Shown: one piece after another, positions 29,767-42,157 of the stretch
Position numbering within the stretch: the stretch's first letter is position 1
Layout of the letters: each line of letters starts with the position of its first letter
Assembly: GCA_963702205.1 (NCBI GenBank)
Contig: OY969724.1
Coordinates: 2,112,001 to 2,176,000 of the forward strand
Source: an uncultured candidate division Zixibacteria bacterium
GTDB lineage: Bacteria > Zixibacteria > MSB-5A5 > GN15 > PGXB01
DNA: 64,000 bases
Direction of reading: 5' to 3'
The notes under the pieces: model-generated
The model's database searches: none
What the model saw: only the letters and a program-made list of their open reading frames with translations
What the model was told of the DNA's origin: nothing
Translations under genes and position numbers: made by a program

Positions 29767-32349
29767 ATGATTAAAAAATTAATATTACTGGTTTTGCTCC
29801 TGACCGCGTCGGGGGCAGAGGCGACTGTTCTGCTTAAGGCTTTTGACGACCCGCTTTCGTCGTACGGAATTTCCGACAACGGCGTCATCGACATTCTCCA
29901 ACATAAAGGCTCGATCTGGCTGGCCACCAGCGGCGGGCTGAGTTTTACCAGCGATGACGGCCAAAGCTGGAGTATTTATAATACTTCCAACGGACTGGTA
30001 TCGCAGGAAATTTCGGCCTTCTATTCCGAAGGCGATGATATCATGGACAAAATCTGGGTGGCCACCAATCATTCGCAGGAAATCGACGGGACGTTATATC
30101 CGATCGCCGACGGATTGTCTTTCTCCGATGATGAAGGGCAGACGTGGGATACGATGATGGTGCCCGGTTCTTTCGGAGGACAATCGGTAGTTTACGATAT
30201 TACCGGTGTCGACTCCGTAATCTTCTGCGCGTCGTGGGCCGGGGGCCTGTTCGGCAGTTTTGATGGCGGCCAGAACTGGCGGCATTATTATGCCTCGGCT
30301 TCGGATTCGACGACCAGGGCCAACGGCGGGCCGCTAAATAACTCGGATATCTATTTTTCGGCCGTGGTGGATACGTTTCATCAGGACTCTATAGTTTTAT
30401 GGGCGGGGACGGCCTATGGACTAAAGCAATATATCTGGGCTCCGGATTACGCCAAACCGTCGTCCAATTACATTCTCGATATTTTCAAGGCCGACACATT
30501 TTATGTCATTTGCGGCGATCGCGGACTTACCCGCTACAGCGGGCTGGGCACTACGAATACCTTTAATTCCGCCTATTCACCCGGCAGCGGCTTGCCCGGT
30601 CCGACGATTACAACCGGTCTGTTTTTCGACGGCCTGTTGTTCGCCGGGACGCGTGAATCAGTGACGGGCCCGGGAACGGGTCTGGCGGTTTCGGTCGATA
30701 CCGGTTTGACCTTTACCGAAATAAGCGACCCCGCTCTGGACGTTAACGACGATGACAAATACGTAGCCGGTATGTTCGATCTGAACGACGCCATATATGT
30801 GGCGGCCAGATCCGGCGGGCTGATCCGTTCGCTCGATACCGGTTCCACCTGGGAAAGCGTAACACTCGATACAGGTGGTGCCACGGCCGATATAAACCGC
30901 GACGTCGTCAACAGCATTGTGCCGGATACGGTCAATAATCGTTTGTGGGTGGGAACCGACGCCGGGCTTGTCATGCTTCAGTACGACGGTGCTAATGTGA
31001 TGGATTCGATCTTCTATTATGTTTTTCCGGATAACGACACGTCGGGTGCCCGGGCGAATAAAGTGGCCATTCAGGATTTTTACGGTGACGATGAAATCGT
31101 GGATTCTTTCTATATCTGGGCCATTAGCTGGCCCCTCGATGATCAAATCGGCTCTTATACGGTTTACGCGTCGTTCGACGAGGGCGCGACATGGCATGTG
31201 CGAGACACGGTTGGGGCAGGTCCGGTTATTATTGTAAGCCCCGTGGACACCTTGTATTACGATATCAGCTTCCTTGATGATTATGTGATATTGGGTGGAC
31301 AGAATTTATTAACCCAGGTTATTGATTTCGATAAATGGATATGGGGGAAGGTCCCGGCTTATCAAATTCAGGACAGCCTGAATCCAATTGTCCTTAATTT
31401 TCGCGATCGTAACTTCACGGTCGTCAAAGTGATCGACAGTACGATTTTCCTTGGCACCAATGGTGGTGGCTTCGGTGTCTCGCCTCCGAGCAGCGGATCG
31501 TCCGCCCACTGGGGTATCCACAAGGCCAATACCGATCCACTCGCACCCGACAAAATAGGAAATGTGTTGATTCCCAATCTGACCGGTAACTGGGTGACCG
31601 CCATGGGGATTCAGTACTTGCCGGACGGAAAACCGCTCCTTTGGGCAACCGGTCGGCCCGGTGCGGGCGGCTCCACCGGTCAGACCAATGGAATTTCATT
31701 TCTTCAATTATATTCACAAAATGTATGGAAACGGGCGTACGTGGGCACGATCGGTTGGAATTACGGCTTCAACGACAGCACCGTATTTGCGGCCACGTCG
31801 GCGGGACTACTATATTCAAACCTCGATACGACTATTTTCGGTGACATTGTCTGGGATACCGCCCGGATATCGGGTCAGCTAATTTCGAATACTCCGAATG
31901 TCGAATTCACTATCGATCAGGCGAGCGCCGTTTATGGTGCAAAAGTAATCGACGACCAACTTTGGGTAGGTACGGAGGATGGTGCCGCTGTTATTCCGTT
32001 AGCTATGTTCGGAACGGACAACTGGGATATTTTCCGGGTAAAACCCGGTGATGAATATTATGCCTACCCGGTCCCGTTTTCGCCTATCAGCCAAAGCTAT
32101 ATCTATTTTAATTATCCCATGACCCGGACCGGCGACGTGACAATAGAAGTCTATGATTTCGCTATGAACCTTGTAAAGACCGTGGTTCAGAACGAATCGC
32201 GCCAGGGCGGCGAGGGTATTGCCTATTCCACCGATTATTGGGACGGTCGCAACGGTCGCGGTGACGTTGTCGCCGCCGGGATTTATTACTTCAAGGTGGA
32301 GACATCCAACGGTGACCTTAACTGGGGCAAGCTCGCTATAATTCCGTAA
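29767..32349 (+). CDS. Secreted beta-propeller (Asp-box repeats) with FlgD-like/T9SS C-terminal domain
   Basis: SDDGQSW, SDDEGQTW, SFDGGQNW, SLDTGSTW repeats; YAYPVPFSP...WDGRNGRG...GIYYFK tail. Confidence 0.78.
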   Translation: MIKKLILLVLLLTASGAEATVLLKAFDDPLSSYGISDNGVIDILQHKGSIWLATSGGLSFTSDDGQSWSIYNTSNGLVSQEISAFYSEGDDIMDKIWVATNHSQEIDGTLYPIADGLSFSDDEGQTWDTMMVPGSFGGQSVVYDITGVDSVIFCASWAGGLFGSFDGGQNWRHYYASASDSTTRANGGPLNNSDIYFSAVVDTFHQDSIVLWAGTAYGLKQYIWAPDYAKPSSNYILDIFKADTFYVICGDRGLTRYSGLGTTNTFNSAYSPGSGLPGPTITTGLFFDGLLFAGTRESVTGPGTGLAVSVDTGLTFTEISDPALDVNDDDKYVAGMFDLNDAIYVAARSGGLIRSLDTGSTWESVTLDTGGATADINRDVVNSIVPDTVNNRLWVGTDAGLVMLQYDGANVMDSIFYYVFPDNDTSGARANKVAIQDFYGDDEIVDSFYIWAISWPLDDQIGSYTVYASFDEGATWHVRDTVGAGPVIIVSPVDTLYYDISFLDDYVILGGQNLLTQVIDFDKWIWGKVPAYQIQDSLNPIVLNFRDRNFTVVKVIDSTIFLGTNGGGFGVSPPSSGSSAHWGIHKANTDPLAPDKIGNVLIPNLTGNWVTAMGIQYLPDGKPLLWATGRPGAGGSTGQTNGISFLQLYSQNVWKRAYVGTIGWNYGFNDSTVFAATSAGLLYSNLDTTIFGDIVWDTARISGQLISNTPNVEFTIDQASAVYGAKVIDDQLWVGTEDGAAVIPLAMFGTDNWDIFRVKPGDEYYAYPVPFSPISQSYIYFNYPMTRTGDVTIEVYDFAMNLVKTVVQNESRQGGEGIAYSTDYWDGRNGRGDVVAAGIYYFKVETSNGDLNWGKLAIIP

Positions 32350-32358
32350 GGGGTAAAT

Positions 32359-33336
32359 ATGAAGAAAATATTTTGCATATTGGTTCTGGTTTCGATGGCG
32401 ATCTCACCGGCGGTTCTGGCCGACGAGGACGGCGGCTACGCCGGAGCGTTGCTGCAATTATCGGTGCAGGCTCGCCCGGCCGCGATGGGCGGTGCCTTTT
32501 ACGGATTGTCCGACGACGGTTCGGCCCAGTATTTCAACCCGGCCGGTTTGTCGCAGATAGTACAAAAGACTTTTTCGAGCAGTTATCGTATCATGACTCT
32601 CGATCGCAAGCTCGGGTATATTTCGATGGTGCTGCCGACTCATCTGGAATCGGCTCTGGGTGTAAGCTGGCTTTATGCCGGTTACGGAGAAGTAACCGCC
32701 CGCAATCGGAGCGGCCGCGACCTGGGCCGGACTATATCATCCGAAGAACATATGTTCAGCGTGACTTTCGCCAAGAGATTTGTCCCGTACCTGAGCGTGG
32801 GAACCAAGCTCGGTTATTATTACAAAAAGCTGGCCAATATCGATGCCAACTCGATTGGGATAAACTTCGGTGGTATGCTGTTTGTCGATTCTTTGATGGA
32901 GTACGGTTCCATGGACGACAAACCGGTTCAGGATATTACCGTCGGCCTGGTAGTCCAGAACCTCGCCGCGACTTATCCCTGGACCACTAATGACTATTGG
33001 GAGAAATACAGCGACAATCCGGGCGTGACTCAAAGCGACAAATTCCCCATCCTGGTTGGGTTCGGCCTGTCTTTCAAGACGTTCAATCGGAAATTTTTGA
33101 CGGTGTTTGACGTCGAGAAAAATACCAAGCAGTCGGCCAAAGTGAAATTCGGCGGTGAATATACGGTCGACAAAATGCTGCGTCTTCGCGCCGGTCTTAA
33201 TCAGGGACGTGTGACGGCCGGTATGGGGCTGGCCCAGCAAATCAATAAATTTATGCTGCTGTTTGATTACGCCTATTCTGCCGAAAAAGCGGACGAGGGA
33301 AGTGACCATATAATAAGCCTGAACCTGGTGTTTTAA
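32359..33336 (+). CDS. PorV/PorQ-like outer-membrane protein
   Basis: ARPAAMGGAF, YFNPAGL, DYAY...HIISLNLVF. Confidence 0.82.
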   Translation: MKKIFCILVLVSMAISPAVLADEDGGYAGALLQLSVQARPAAMGGAFYGLSDDGSAQYFNPAGLSQIVQKTFSSSYRIMTLDRKLGYISMVLPTHLESALGVSWLYAGYGEVTARNRSGRDLGRTISSEEHMFSVTFAKRFVPYLSVGTKLGYYYKKLANIDANSIGINFGGMLFVDSLMEYGSMDDKPVQDITVGLVVQNLAATYPWTTNDYWEKYSDNPGVTQSDKFPILVGFGLSFKTFNRKFLTVFDVEKNTKQSAKVKFGGEYTVDKMLRLRAGLNQGRVTAGMGLAQQINKFMLLFDYAYSAEKADEGSDHIISLNLVF

Positions 33337-33340
33337 ATTT

Positions 33341-34240
33341 ATGAAACGAACCATGAAAATATTCATATACATGGCGGCCTTGCTGGTCCTTTCCATGCCG
33401 GCCTTCGCGCTGTCGGGCCTGAGACTTTTGACCCTTGAATCCGGCGCCCGGCCGGCTGGTATGGGCGGCGCCTTCACGGCCGTCACCGGCGACCCATACT
33501 CCGCCGCATTCAACCCGGCCGGTCCATACGGACAGGGCGGTATTGACGGCTCTTTCTCGCACAATACGCACTGGCACGACGTGGCGATCGAAGCCGGCTA
33601 TATATCGTTTTCCAAACGCAACGCGACATTCACGACCGGCGTCGTGGTCGGGCACGTCGAGGGCCTTCAGGGACGAACCGATTCGGTGCCGTCGAGCACG
33701 TATTATCCGTTCGCGGCGCAGGACGTTTCGATAAAAACCGGTGTTTCGTATCAGTTCGGCGATAGAGTCGTCATGGGCATAATGGCCGGATGGATGATGG
33801 AAAAAATCGACATGTATACCGGTTCGGCCATAAATTTCGACCTTGGGGCGATATACAAGTACAATTCGCAAATTCAATTCGGTGCGGCCGTGCAGAATTT
33901 CGGCTCGACCGTCAGCCTGCGCGAAGAGGATTTCAATCTTCCCACGACCTTCCGTCTGGGTGGGTCGTATCGGTACGATAAATTCCTCGGGGCTCTGGAT
34001 TTGGTCGTTTTCGACGATTCCAATATCGATGAGTACAACATGCGGGTGCACGCGGGCGGAGAGTATGAGATTTATGATAACCTCTTTCTTCGCGGCGGGT
34101 ACCGTTTCAAATATGAAAGCAAAAGTTTTTCGGCGGGGTTCGGGTACAGGAGGCGGAACTTTCGCATCGATTATGCCTTCCTGCCTTATTCCAATGAACT
34201 CGATGACTCGCATATCTTCAGTCTAACCTTCAACTATTAA
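33341..34240 (+). CDS. PorV/PorQ-like outer-membrane protein
   Basis: GARPAGMGGAF, FNPAG, IDYAF...HIFSLTFNY. Confidence 0.82.
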   Translation: MKRTMKIFIYMAALLVLSMPAFALSGLRLLTLESGARPAGMGGAFTAVTGDPYSAAFNPAGPYGQGGIDGSFSHNTHWHDVAIEAGYISFSKRNATFTTGVVVGHVEGLQGRTDSVPSSTYYPFAAQDVSIKTGVSYQFGDRVVMGIMAGWMMEKIDMYTGSAINFDLGAIYKYNSQIQFGAAVQNFGSTVSLREEDFNLPTTFRLGGSYRYDKFLGALDLVVFDDSNIDEYNMRVHAGGEYEIYDNLFLRGGYRFKYESKSFSAGFGYRRRNFRIDYAFLPYSNELDDSHIFSLTFNY

Positions 34241-34261
34241 CAGGAGTATCCAAACAAGACT

Positions 34262-35380
34262 ATGGCTAAGTATCGTATTGCGTGGATGCCGGGCGACGGT
34301 GTCGGCGTTGACGTTATGGAAGCGGCAAAAATCGTCCTGGATAAATTGAATCCGAACGCTGAATATATTCCAGCCGATATCGGCTGGGAGTTCTGGTGCA
34401 AAGAAGGCAATCCGCTCCCGGATCGCACGATAGAAATTCTGAACAATACCGATTGCGCGCTGTTCGGCGCGATTACCTCGAAACCCAAAGAAGAAGCCGA
34501 AAACGAGCTCGTGCCGGAACTGAAAGGCAAGGGGCTGACTTATTCTTCGCCGATCGTACGGCTAAGACAAGAATTCAATCTCCGCACCAATTTGCGTCCT
34601 TGTAAAGCGTACGAGGGCAACCCTCTGAACTATAAAGAGGGCATCGACATCGTCGTCTTCCGCGAGAACACCGAAGACCTTTATTCGGGCGTGGAATTTT
34701 TCCCACTTCCGGATTCGGTTCGCAAGGCAATTTCCGATGCCAACCCCAAAATGAAAAAATTCGATAAGCACCCGGCGGGCGAGGTGGCGGTTTCGCTGCG
34801 CATCAATACCAAAACGGGGTGCCGCAATATCATTACCGATGCTTTTGAATACGCCAAAAAGACCGACCGTAAGTCAGTGACGGTGGTCGAAAAGCCCAAC
34901 GTGATCCGTGAGACGTCGGGCCTGATGATTCGCACCGCACGCGAGATAGCCAAAAATTATCCCAGAATCGAGCTGTGGGAAACCAACATCGACGCCATGT
35001 GCATGTGGCTGATCAAGAATCCGCTGGATTATTCGGTGCTCGTGACGTCCAACATGTTCGGCGACATCATCTCCGACCTGTGTGCACAGTTGGTCGGCGG
35101 GCTGGGGTTCGCGTCATCTGGTAACATCGGCGATAAGTACGCCGTATTCGAGCCGACCCATGGGTCCGCGCCGAAGTACGCCGGGAAGTATAAAGTCAAT
35201 CCGATGGCGACACTGATCACGACGCAGTTGATGCTCGAATGGCTCGGTGAAAAAGATATGTCCGACCGGCTCGACAAGGCCATTGCGTCGGTCATCAAAG
35301 AGGGCAGGGTCCGTACATACGATATGGGCGGATCGTCCTCAACCCTCGACGTCGCTAACGCCGTGGCCGGGAAATTGTAG
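34262..35380 (+). CDS. Isocitrate/isopropylmalate dehydrogenase family protein
   Basis: PGDGVG, RENTEDLY, NMFGDIISD, FEPTHGSAPK; substrate not resolvable from motifs. Confidence 0.9.
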   Translation: MAKYRIAWMPGDGVGVDVMEAAKIVLDKLNPNAEYIPADIGWEFWCKEGNPLPDRTIEILNNTDCALFGAITSKPKEEAENELVPELKGKGLTYSSPIVRLRQEFNLRTNLRPCKAYEGNPLNYKEGIDIVVFRENTEDLYSGVEFFPLPDSVRKAISDANPKMKKFDKHPAGEVAVSLRINTKTGCRNIITDAFEYAKKTDRKSVTVVEKPNVIRETSGLMIRTAREIAKNYPRIELWETNIDAMCMWLIKNPLDYSVLVTSNMFGDIISDLCAQLVGGLGFASSGNIGDKYAVFEPTHGSAPKYAGKYKVNPMATLITTQLMLEWLGEKDMSDRLDKAIASVIKEGRVRTYDMGGSSSTLDVANAVAGKL

Positions 35381-35410
35381 AGGGTATTATTTAATCGAGA
35401 TATTTTTAGA

Positions 35411-35893
35411 GTAGGTCAGGAGCCATGCCGGAGGTCCGGAGTCTTGCGTTGGGCGCTCCTGACTCATATTTTAATAAAAAGTTCAGGCAGGTCATCAGAC
35501 CTGCCTGTTTTTGTCGGACTAAAGCGTAGGGCCGGACCCGAGCAGCGAAGCGGTCCCGCGAATTAATTAGATGGCGGAACCGCTACCCTTCAAAAGATCA
35601 GGGTCTTCGAAAGGATTCCGCCCTACGAAGGCTGGATTCCCGCTTTCGCGGGAATGACATTGTATGGTACACTCTGATGAGTTCAGGCAGTGTTGTAGGT
35701 CAGGAGACGCGCCGCAGGTCCTGAGCCTTGCGTTGGGCGCTCCTGACTCATATTTTAATAATATGTTCAGGCAGGTCGTCAGACCTGCCTGTCTTTTTGC
35801 GGGAAATAAAATAAGTCGAATATTATAAATGGCAGAAACGCTACCCTTCAAAAGATCAGGGTCTTCGAAAGGATTCCGCCCTACGAAGACTGG
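35411..35893. repeat. Mosaic of REP-like palindromic repeats (A-B-A-B)
   Basis: Unit A at 35411-35508 and 35695-35792; unit B at 35571-35635 and 35829-35893; palindrome ATTCCCGCTTTCGCGGGAAT inside 35632-35658. Confidence 0.85.
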
Positions 35894-35900
35894 TTCTGAT

Positions 35901-37913
<2,013 letters not shown>

Positions 37914-37945
37914 TCAAATAAATATCGGGGCGTCGCCCCTGTCAA

Positions 37946-40930
37946 CTAAATGAATTTGGCCTTTTTCAATCCGGTTTCGGCCGGGTATATTTTTTCGGCG
38001 ACGATGGCCGGGCTGCCTTCCTGAAGGTTGACCCGTCCCTCGATCGTAAGGTAGCGGTAGCTTCGAACCGTCTCGCCGTACTGTCCCCAGGTATCGGGAA
38101 AGAGAACAACCTCGAAGGTGTCGTCGAGAGCGTCGAAGGTCAGGAATACCATCTGCTTGCCGTCGCGTGTTTTGATGCGTTTGCGGTCGGCCAACCAGCC
38201 GGAGACGGTCAGGGGAGAGTCGTGGGTCATATTTTTCAACGAGCGCGGGTCGAAATCGCGATAGTCTTTGAATAGCGAAAGCGGATTGAACGACGCCGGG
38301 ATTTCGAGAAGGCCGCGTTCGGCGTTGAAAATATCGAGCCGCGAGAATTCCTGCAATGGAGGCAGGTCCTGCCGCTGCGGAACCATCACTCGCCCGCCAA
38401 AAAGATCGTCGCCTTTATTTTTGGGCGTCCGGCCCCACAGGCGGTACTGCCAGAGGAGTTTCGGCCGCGAGGGTTCGATCGAGTCGAAAAAACCGACCCG
38501 GATGAGATTCTCCGCCTCGCGTTCGGACAGGGTAATCTTCGATAAAAAGTCAGCCAGCGAGTCGAACGGCCGGTATTTTTCGATTTGCTCCAGCGTTTTA
38601 TAGGTTATATCGCGGACGCGGCACAGCCCGAGATAGAGCTTGTTGTTTCGGACCGTGTCGAGCGTGTCGGATCGGTGCACGTCGGGCGGATGCACCTCAA
38701 CCCCCAACCGCCGCGCCTCGGCCACATAGACGGCCGACGGATAATACCCGCCGCCGTTACGCAGGACCGCCGTCATGAAATAAGCCGGGTAGTGCGTTTT
38801 GAAATAGGCGGAAATATAGGATAGGTGCCCGTAGGTGGCGGCGTGGGCTTTGCAGAAACCGAAGGCGGCGAACTGCTGCAGTTGGGCCAGAATATTTTCG
38901 GCAGTATGTTCTTCGACGCCATTATTTTTGGCTCCATCAAGAAATCTCTCGCGCAGGCGGTCGGCGGAGCCGGCCTTGCGTTTTTTCGCGATCGCCCGAC
39001 GGAGCATATCGCAGGCGGGGAGATTGAACCCGGCGATCCTTTGCGCGGCCAAAATCACCTGCTCCTGATAGATGAAAACACCGAATGTCTCAGCCAGCGT
39101 TTTTTCGAGGTTCGGATGAGGGTATTCGGTTATATCTTTGCCGTGGAAACGGTTCAGGAATAGTTTCTTCATTCCCGACTCGGATGCCCCGGGACGAATC
39201 AGCGCCAGGGCCAGCGTGATATCATCGAGTTGACGGGGTTGAAGGTCGCGCAAGAGAGCCCTCAGACCCGGCGATTCTATCTGGAAGGCACCGATAGTTT
39301 TGCCGGATCGGAAGGTTTTAAATGTGGCAGGATCGTCCTCCGGGACTTCGAAGTTATCGCCCTGAATCTTACGCGCCTGTTCCAGACAGTCGGCGATAAC
39401 CGCAAGCCCCCGTTGGCCGAGGACATCGATCTTGACCAGACCAATCTTCTCCGCCTGATACATATCACACTGGGTGACCACGATCCCCTTGGTCGCCTGT
39501 TCGAGAGCCACATACTCGGTTATCGGCTTCGGTGTTATGACAATGCCGCCGGAGTGGATACTTAAGTGGCGAGGGAGATCGGCGATGGACCTTGCCGCCG
39601 CCAATACTTTCTGAAAGCGCTCCCATTCGTGGCGGGAACGGGTCAGCCGCTTGACATCCGACATGCCATGATCGGGCTGGGCGAGGGGGCCATAGGACAG
39701 CCGCCGGGTGAAGCGGTCGACCTCATCGGGACTGCAGCCCATGGCCTTGGCGGTTTCGCGGACGGCCAGCTTGGGCTGGAAACGGACGTAGGACGCCATC
39801 ATGGCAACATGATCGCGGCCGTAGCGGTCGTAGATAAAATCCAGCACACGGTCGCGATAGCGCCAGTCGACGTCGAGGTCGATATCGGGACAGTCGGTGC
39901 GGGCTTCGTTTAAAAAACGCTCGAAATATAAATCGTGCTTGATGGGGTCGACCCGGGTGATATCGAGCGCGAACGATACCAACGACCCGGCCGCCGACCC
40001 GCGTCCGACAACCGTTATTTTTTCTTTTTTGCAGAATTCAATGATTTGCGTGACAATCAGGAAATAGTCGACAAAGCCGGTGCGCTCGATAACCGTCAGT
40101 TCGTACTCCAGCCGCGCCAGATATCGACCCGCGATGTCGCCGATTTTTTTACGAAGGCCCGAAAGGGCGTCGCATCGCAAACGGGCGCAGTGGTCGCCGT
40201 CGATTTTAACATCGGGCAGGATATTTTTTCGCTCCGGAAGGGCAAGATGACACTTTTCAATGATTTCGGCGGCACCATGCCCGGCAGCGGGAAAGGCCAC
40301 GTAGGTTTTGTCGTAATCAGACGGCCTCTGAAGGAATTCATTTTCCCCGGCCAATTGAGCGGGCGGAATATTGTCTATGAGATAACTCCCCCCGATCGCC
40401 CGCAACAACCGATGTCGGGGCCGATCCTCCGGCGTCAGAAAACTGACCGAAGGCGTTGCGGCGGGTTTAATTCCCGCCCTGGCGCTTTCACGCAGGGCGG
40501 CAGTCGGTCTTATAAGGTCGACCGATATATAGGCGTTTTCGGCGAATATTTCTTTTGTAATCATGGGATCATTGCCCGGTTGACTTAGGGCGATCAGGTC
40601 GCGCGAATACTTCTGCAATATGTCCAAATCCGGTCGGCCGTTTAACTGGAAATGGGTCACCAGTCGCAGAAGATTTTTGAACCAGTCGTGGTTGGTGCAA
40701 AGTAAAGTCAGGCGTCCGATGGATATATCGAGCCTCACGCCGATAATCGGCCGGATGCCCCGCTCCAGCGCGGCATAATAGAAGTCATATGCACCGTACA
40801 GGTTATTTCTGTCGGCCAGAGCTATGGCTTCAAAACCCAACTGCACGGCCCGGTCGACAAGCTGTTCCGGCGTCGCCGTCCCGTAAAGGAGCGAAAAACT
40901 ACTGTGACAAACCGGGAGTACGCAGTTCAA
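37946..40930 (-). CDS. dnaE2: C-family DNA polymerase alpha subunit, DnaE2-like
   Basis: PHP N-terminus, GRGSAAGS, PDIDLD, FGFCKAHA; 994 aa ending just after the OB fold; TTG start overlaps dinB. Confidence 0.8.
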   Translation of the reverse strand: MNCVLPVCHSSFSLLYGTATPEQLVDRAVQLGFEAIALADRNNLYGAYDFYYAALERGIRPIIGVRLDISIGRLTLLCTNHDWFKNLLRLVTHFQLNGRPDLDILQKYSRDLIALSQPGNDPMITKEIFAENAYISVDLIRPTAALRESARAGIKPAATPSVSFLTPEDRPRHRLLRAIGGSYLIDNIPPAQLAGENEFLQRPSDYDKTYVAFPAAGHGAAEIIEKCHLALPERKNILPDVKIDGDHCARLRCDALSGLRKKIGDIAGRYLARLEYELTVIERTGFVDYFLIVTQIIEFCKKEKITVVGRGSAAGSLVSFALDITRVDPIKHDLYFERFLNEARTDCPDIDLDVDWRYRDRVLDFIYDRYGRDHVAMMASYVRFQPKLAVRETAKAMGCSPDEVDRFTRRLSYGPLAQPDHGMSDVKRLTRSRHEWERFQKVLAAARSIADLPRHLSIHSGGIVITPKPITEYVALEQATKGIVVTQCDMYQAEKIGLVKIDVLGQRGLAVIADCLEQARKIQGDNFEVPEDDPATFKTFRSGKTIGAFQIESPGLRALLRDLQPRQLDDITLALALIRPGASESGMKKLFLNRFHGKDITEYPHPNLEKTLAETFGVFIYQEQVILAAQRIAGFNLPACDMLRRAIAKKRKAGSADRLRERFLDGAKNNGVEEHTAENILAQLQQFAAFGFCKAHAATYGHLSYISAYFKTHYPAYFMTAVLRNGGGYYPSAVYVAEARRLGVEVHPPDVHRSDTLDTVRNNKLYLGLCRVRDITYKTLEQIEKYRPFDSLADFLSKITLSEREAENLIRVGFFDSIEPSRPKLLWQYRLWGRTPKNKGDDLFGGRVMVPQRQDLPPLQEFSRLDIFNAERGLLEIPASFNPLSLFKDYRDFDPRSLKNMTHDSPLTVSGWLADRKRIKTRDGKQMVFLTFDALDDTFEVVLFPDTWGQYGETVRSYRYLTIEGRVNLQEGSPAIVAEKIYPAETGLKKAKFI

Positions 40931-42101
40931 AACCGGTATCGCCTTTCTTGTAGCGTTTTTCCAACGACCAGGTACGGCCGGTCATGAGGGAGAAGAAACC
41001 CTCCCGCCCTCTGACAAAATCCAGCCCCTTTCGCAATCTGAGGTCCCTTTCGACGCGGTCGTTGAGGAAGGTTTCGTTGTCGGCATAATTTTTAAGGCCG
41101 GTCAGGGTGATTCCGACCAGCCGAATGCCGATGCGCCGGGTGAACAGGCGGACAAACATGTGCTCGATCAGCGGGTAGATTTTGCTTTCATCGTTGGTGA
41201 AGGGGCACACCCGATGCGCCCCCTCGATTGTCTGGAAATCGGCGTAACGGAATTTTATTTTGACGGTTCCGGCCCGCTTGGATAGCTTTCTTAATTTAGC
41301 GGTGGCGCGCTCCAATAGATAATAGAAATGAGACAGCAGCACGGTGCGGTCGGTGATGTCGTCGGCGAAGCCGGTTTCACGGCTGACCCTGTAATCGCGC
41401 AGGAGGGGGCCGTCCTCGCCCCGGCAATAGGCGGCGATTTTAAGTCCGTTGAGGCCGAATATTGTCTTCAGGTAGTTTTCCGGCACACGGGCCAGCTGCC
41501 CGGCGGTGCGAATTCCCATTTCCGTCAGGACATTTTCCTTAACCCGTCCGATACCGGGAATCCGGCGTAAGGGGAGGTCGTTCATGAAGTCGGTGATATT
41601 GTCTTTGGTCAGGATTGTCAGGCCGTAGGGCTTCTTATGCTCCGAGGCGATCTTCGAGGCAATCCGGCTGGGGGCAATGCCGATCGACGTGGATAGTCCC
41701 AGGGTGTCCTTGATCCGTGTTTGCAGAGTTTGGGCGAGCTTTTCGGTACCGCCGAACGGGCGCAGAGCCCCGGAAATATTGAGGCAGGCTTCGTCCTGCG
41801 ATATTTTATCAAGTTCCGGCGTGTAAGATTCGAGGATGTCATAAAACCGCTGGGAAAAGTCTTCATAGCGGTTGAAGTCTCCTTTGAGAAACACGCCGTC
41901 CGGGATCAGCCGAGCTGCTTCATAGAGAGGCGTCCCGGTGTGGACGCCCCGGGCGCGCGCTTCATAGCTGGGACAGGCAACCACCCCGCGTTCGTGCTTC
42001 AGGCCGCCGACCATGACGGGCCGTCCGACCAGAGCCCGGTTGATAGCTTGTTCGACCGACGCGAAAAAAGCGTCGACGTCTATATAAAGAAATAAACCCA
42101 C
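40899..42101 (-). CDS. dinB: Y-family DNA polymerase IV
   Basis: IDVDAFFASVE, SYEAR, SQDEA, KIASEHKKP; GTG start after GGAGGT. Confidence 0.88.
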   Translation of the reverse strand: MGLFLYIDVDAFFASVEQAINRALVGRPVMVGGLKHERGVVACPSYEARARGVHTGTPLYEAARLIPDGVFLKGDFNRYEDFSQRFYDILESYTPELDKISQDEACLNISGALRPFGGTEKLAQTLQTRIKDTLGLSTSIGIAPSRIASKIASEHKKPYGLTILTKDNITDFMNDLPLRRIPGIGRVKENVLTEMGIRTAGQLARVPENYLKTIFGLNGLKIAAYCRGEDGPLLRDYRVSRETGFADDITDRTVLLSHFYYLLERATAKLRKLSKRAGTVKIKFRYADFQTIEGAHRVCPFTNDESKIYPLIEHMFVRLFTRRIGIRLVGITLTGLKNYADNETFLNDRVERDLRLRKGLDFVRGREGFFSLMTGRTWSLEKRYKKGDTGFELRTPGLSQ

Positions 42102-42157
42102 TCATGACCTCCGCCATAATTAACGGCAGAAAGCGCGGGAAATAAATCACATGCGAA

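Noticed and set aside
35411..35893. CRISPR array
   Set aside because: Only two copies of each long unit, irregular spacing and no cas genes; fits REP-like repeats.
40899..42101. ImuB
   Set aside because: Catalytic acidic residues are retained, so it is DinB-like.
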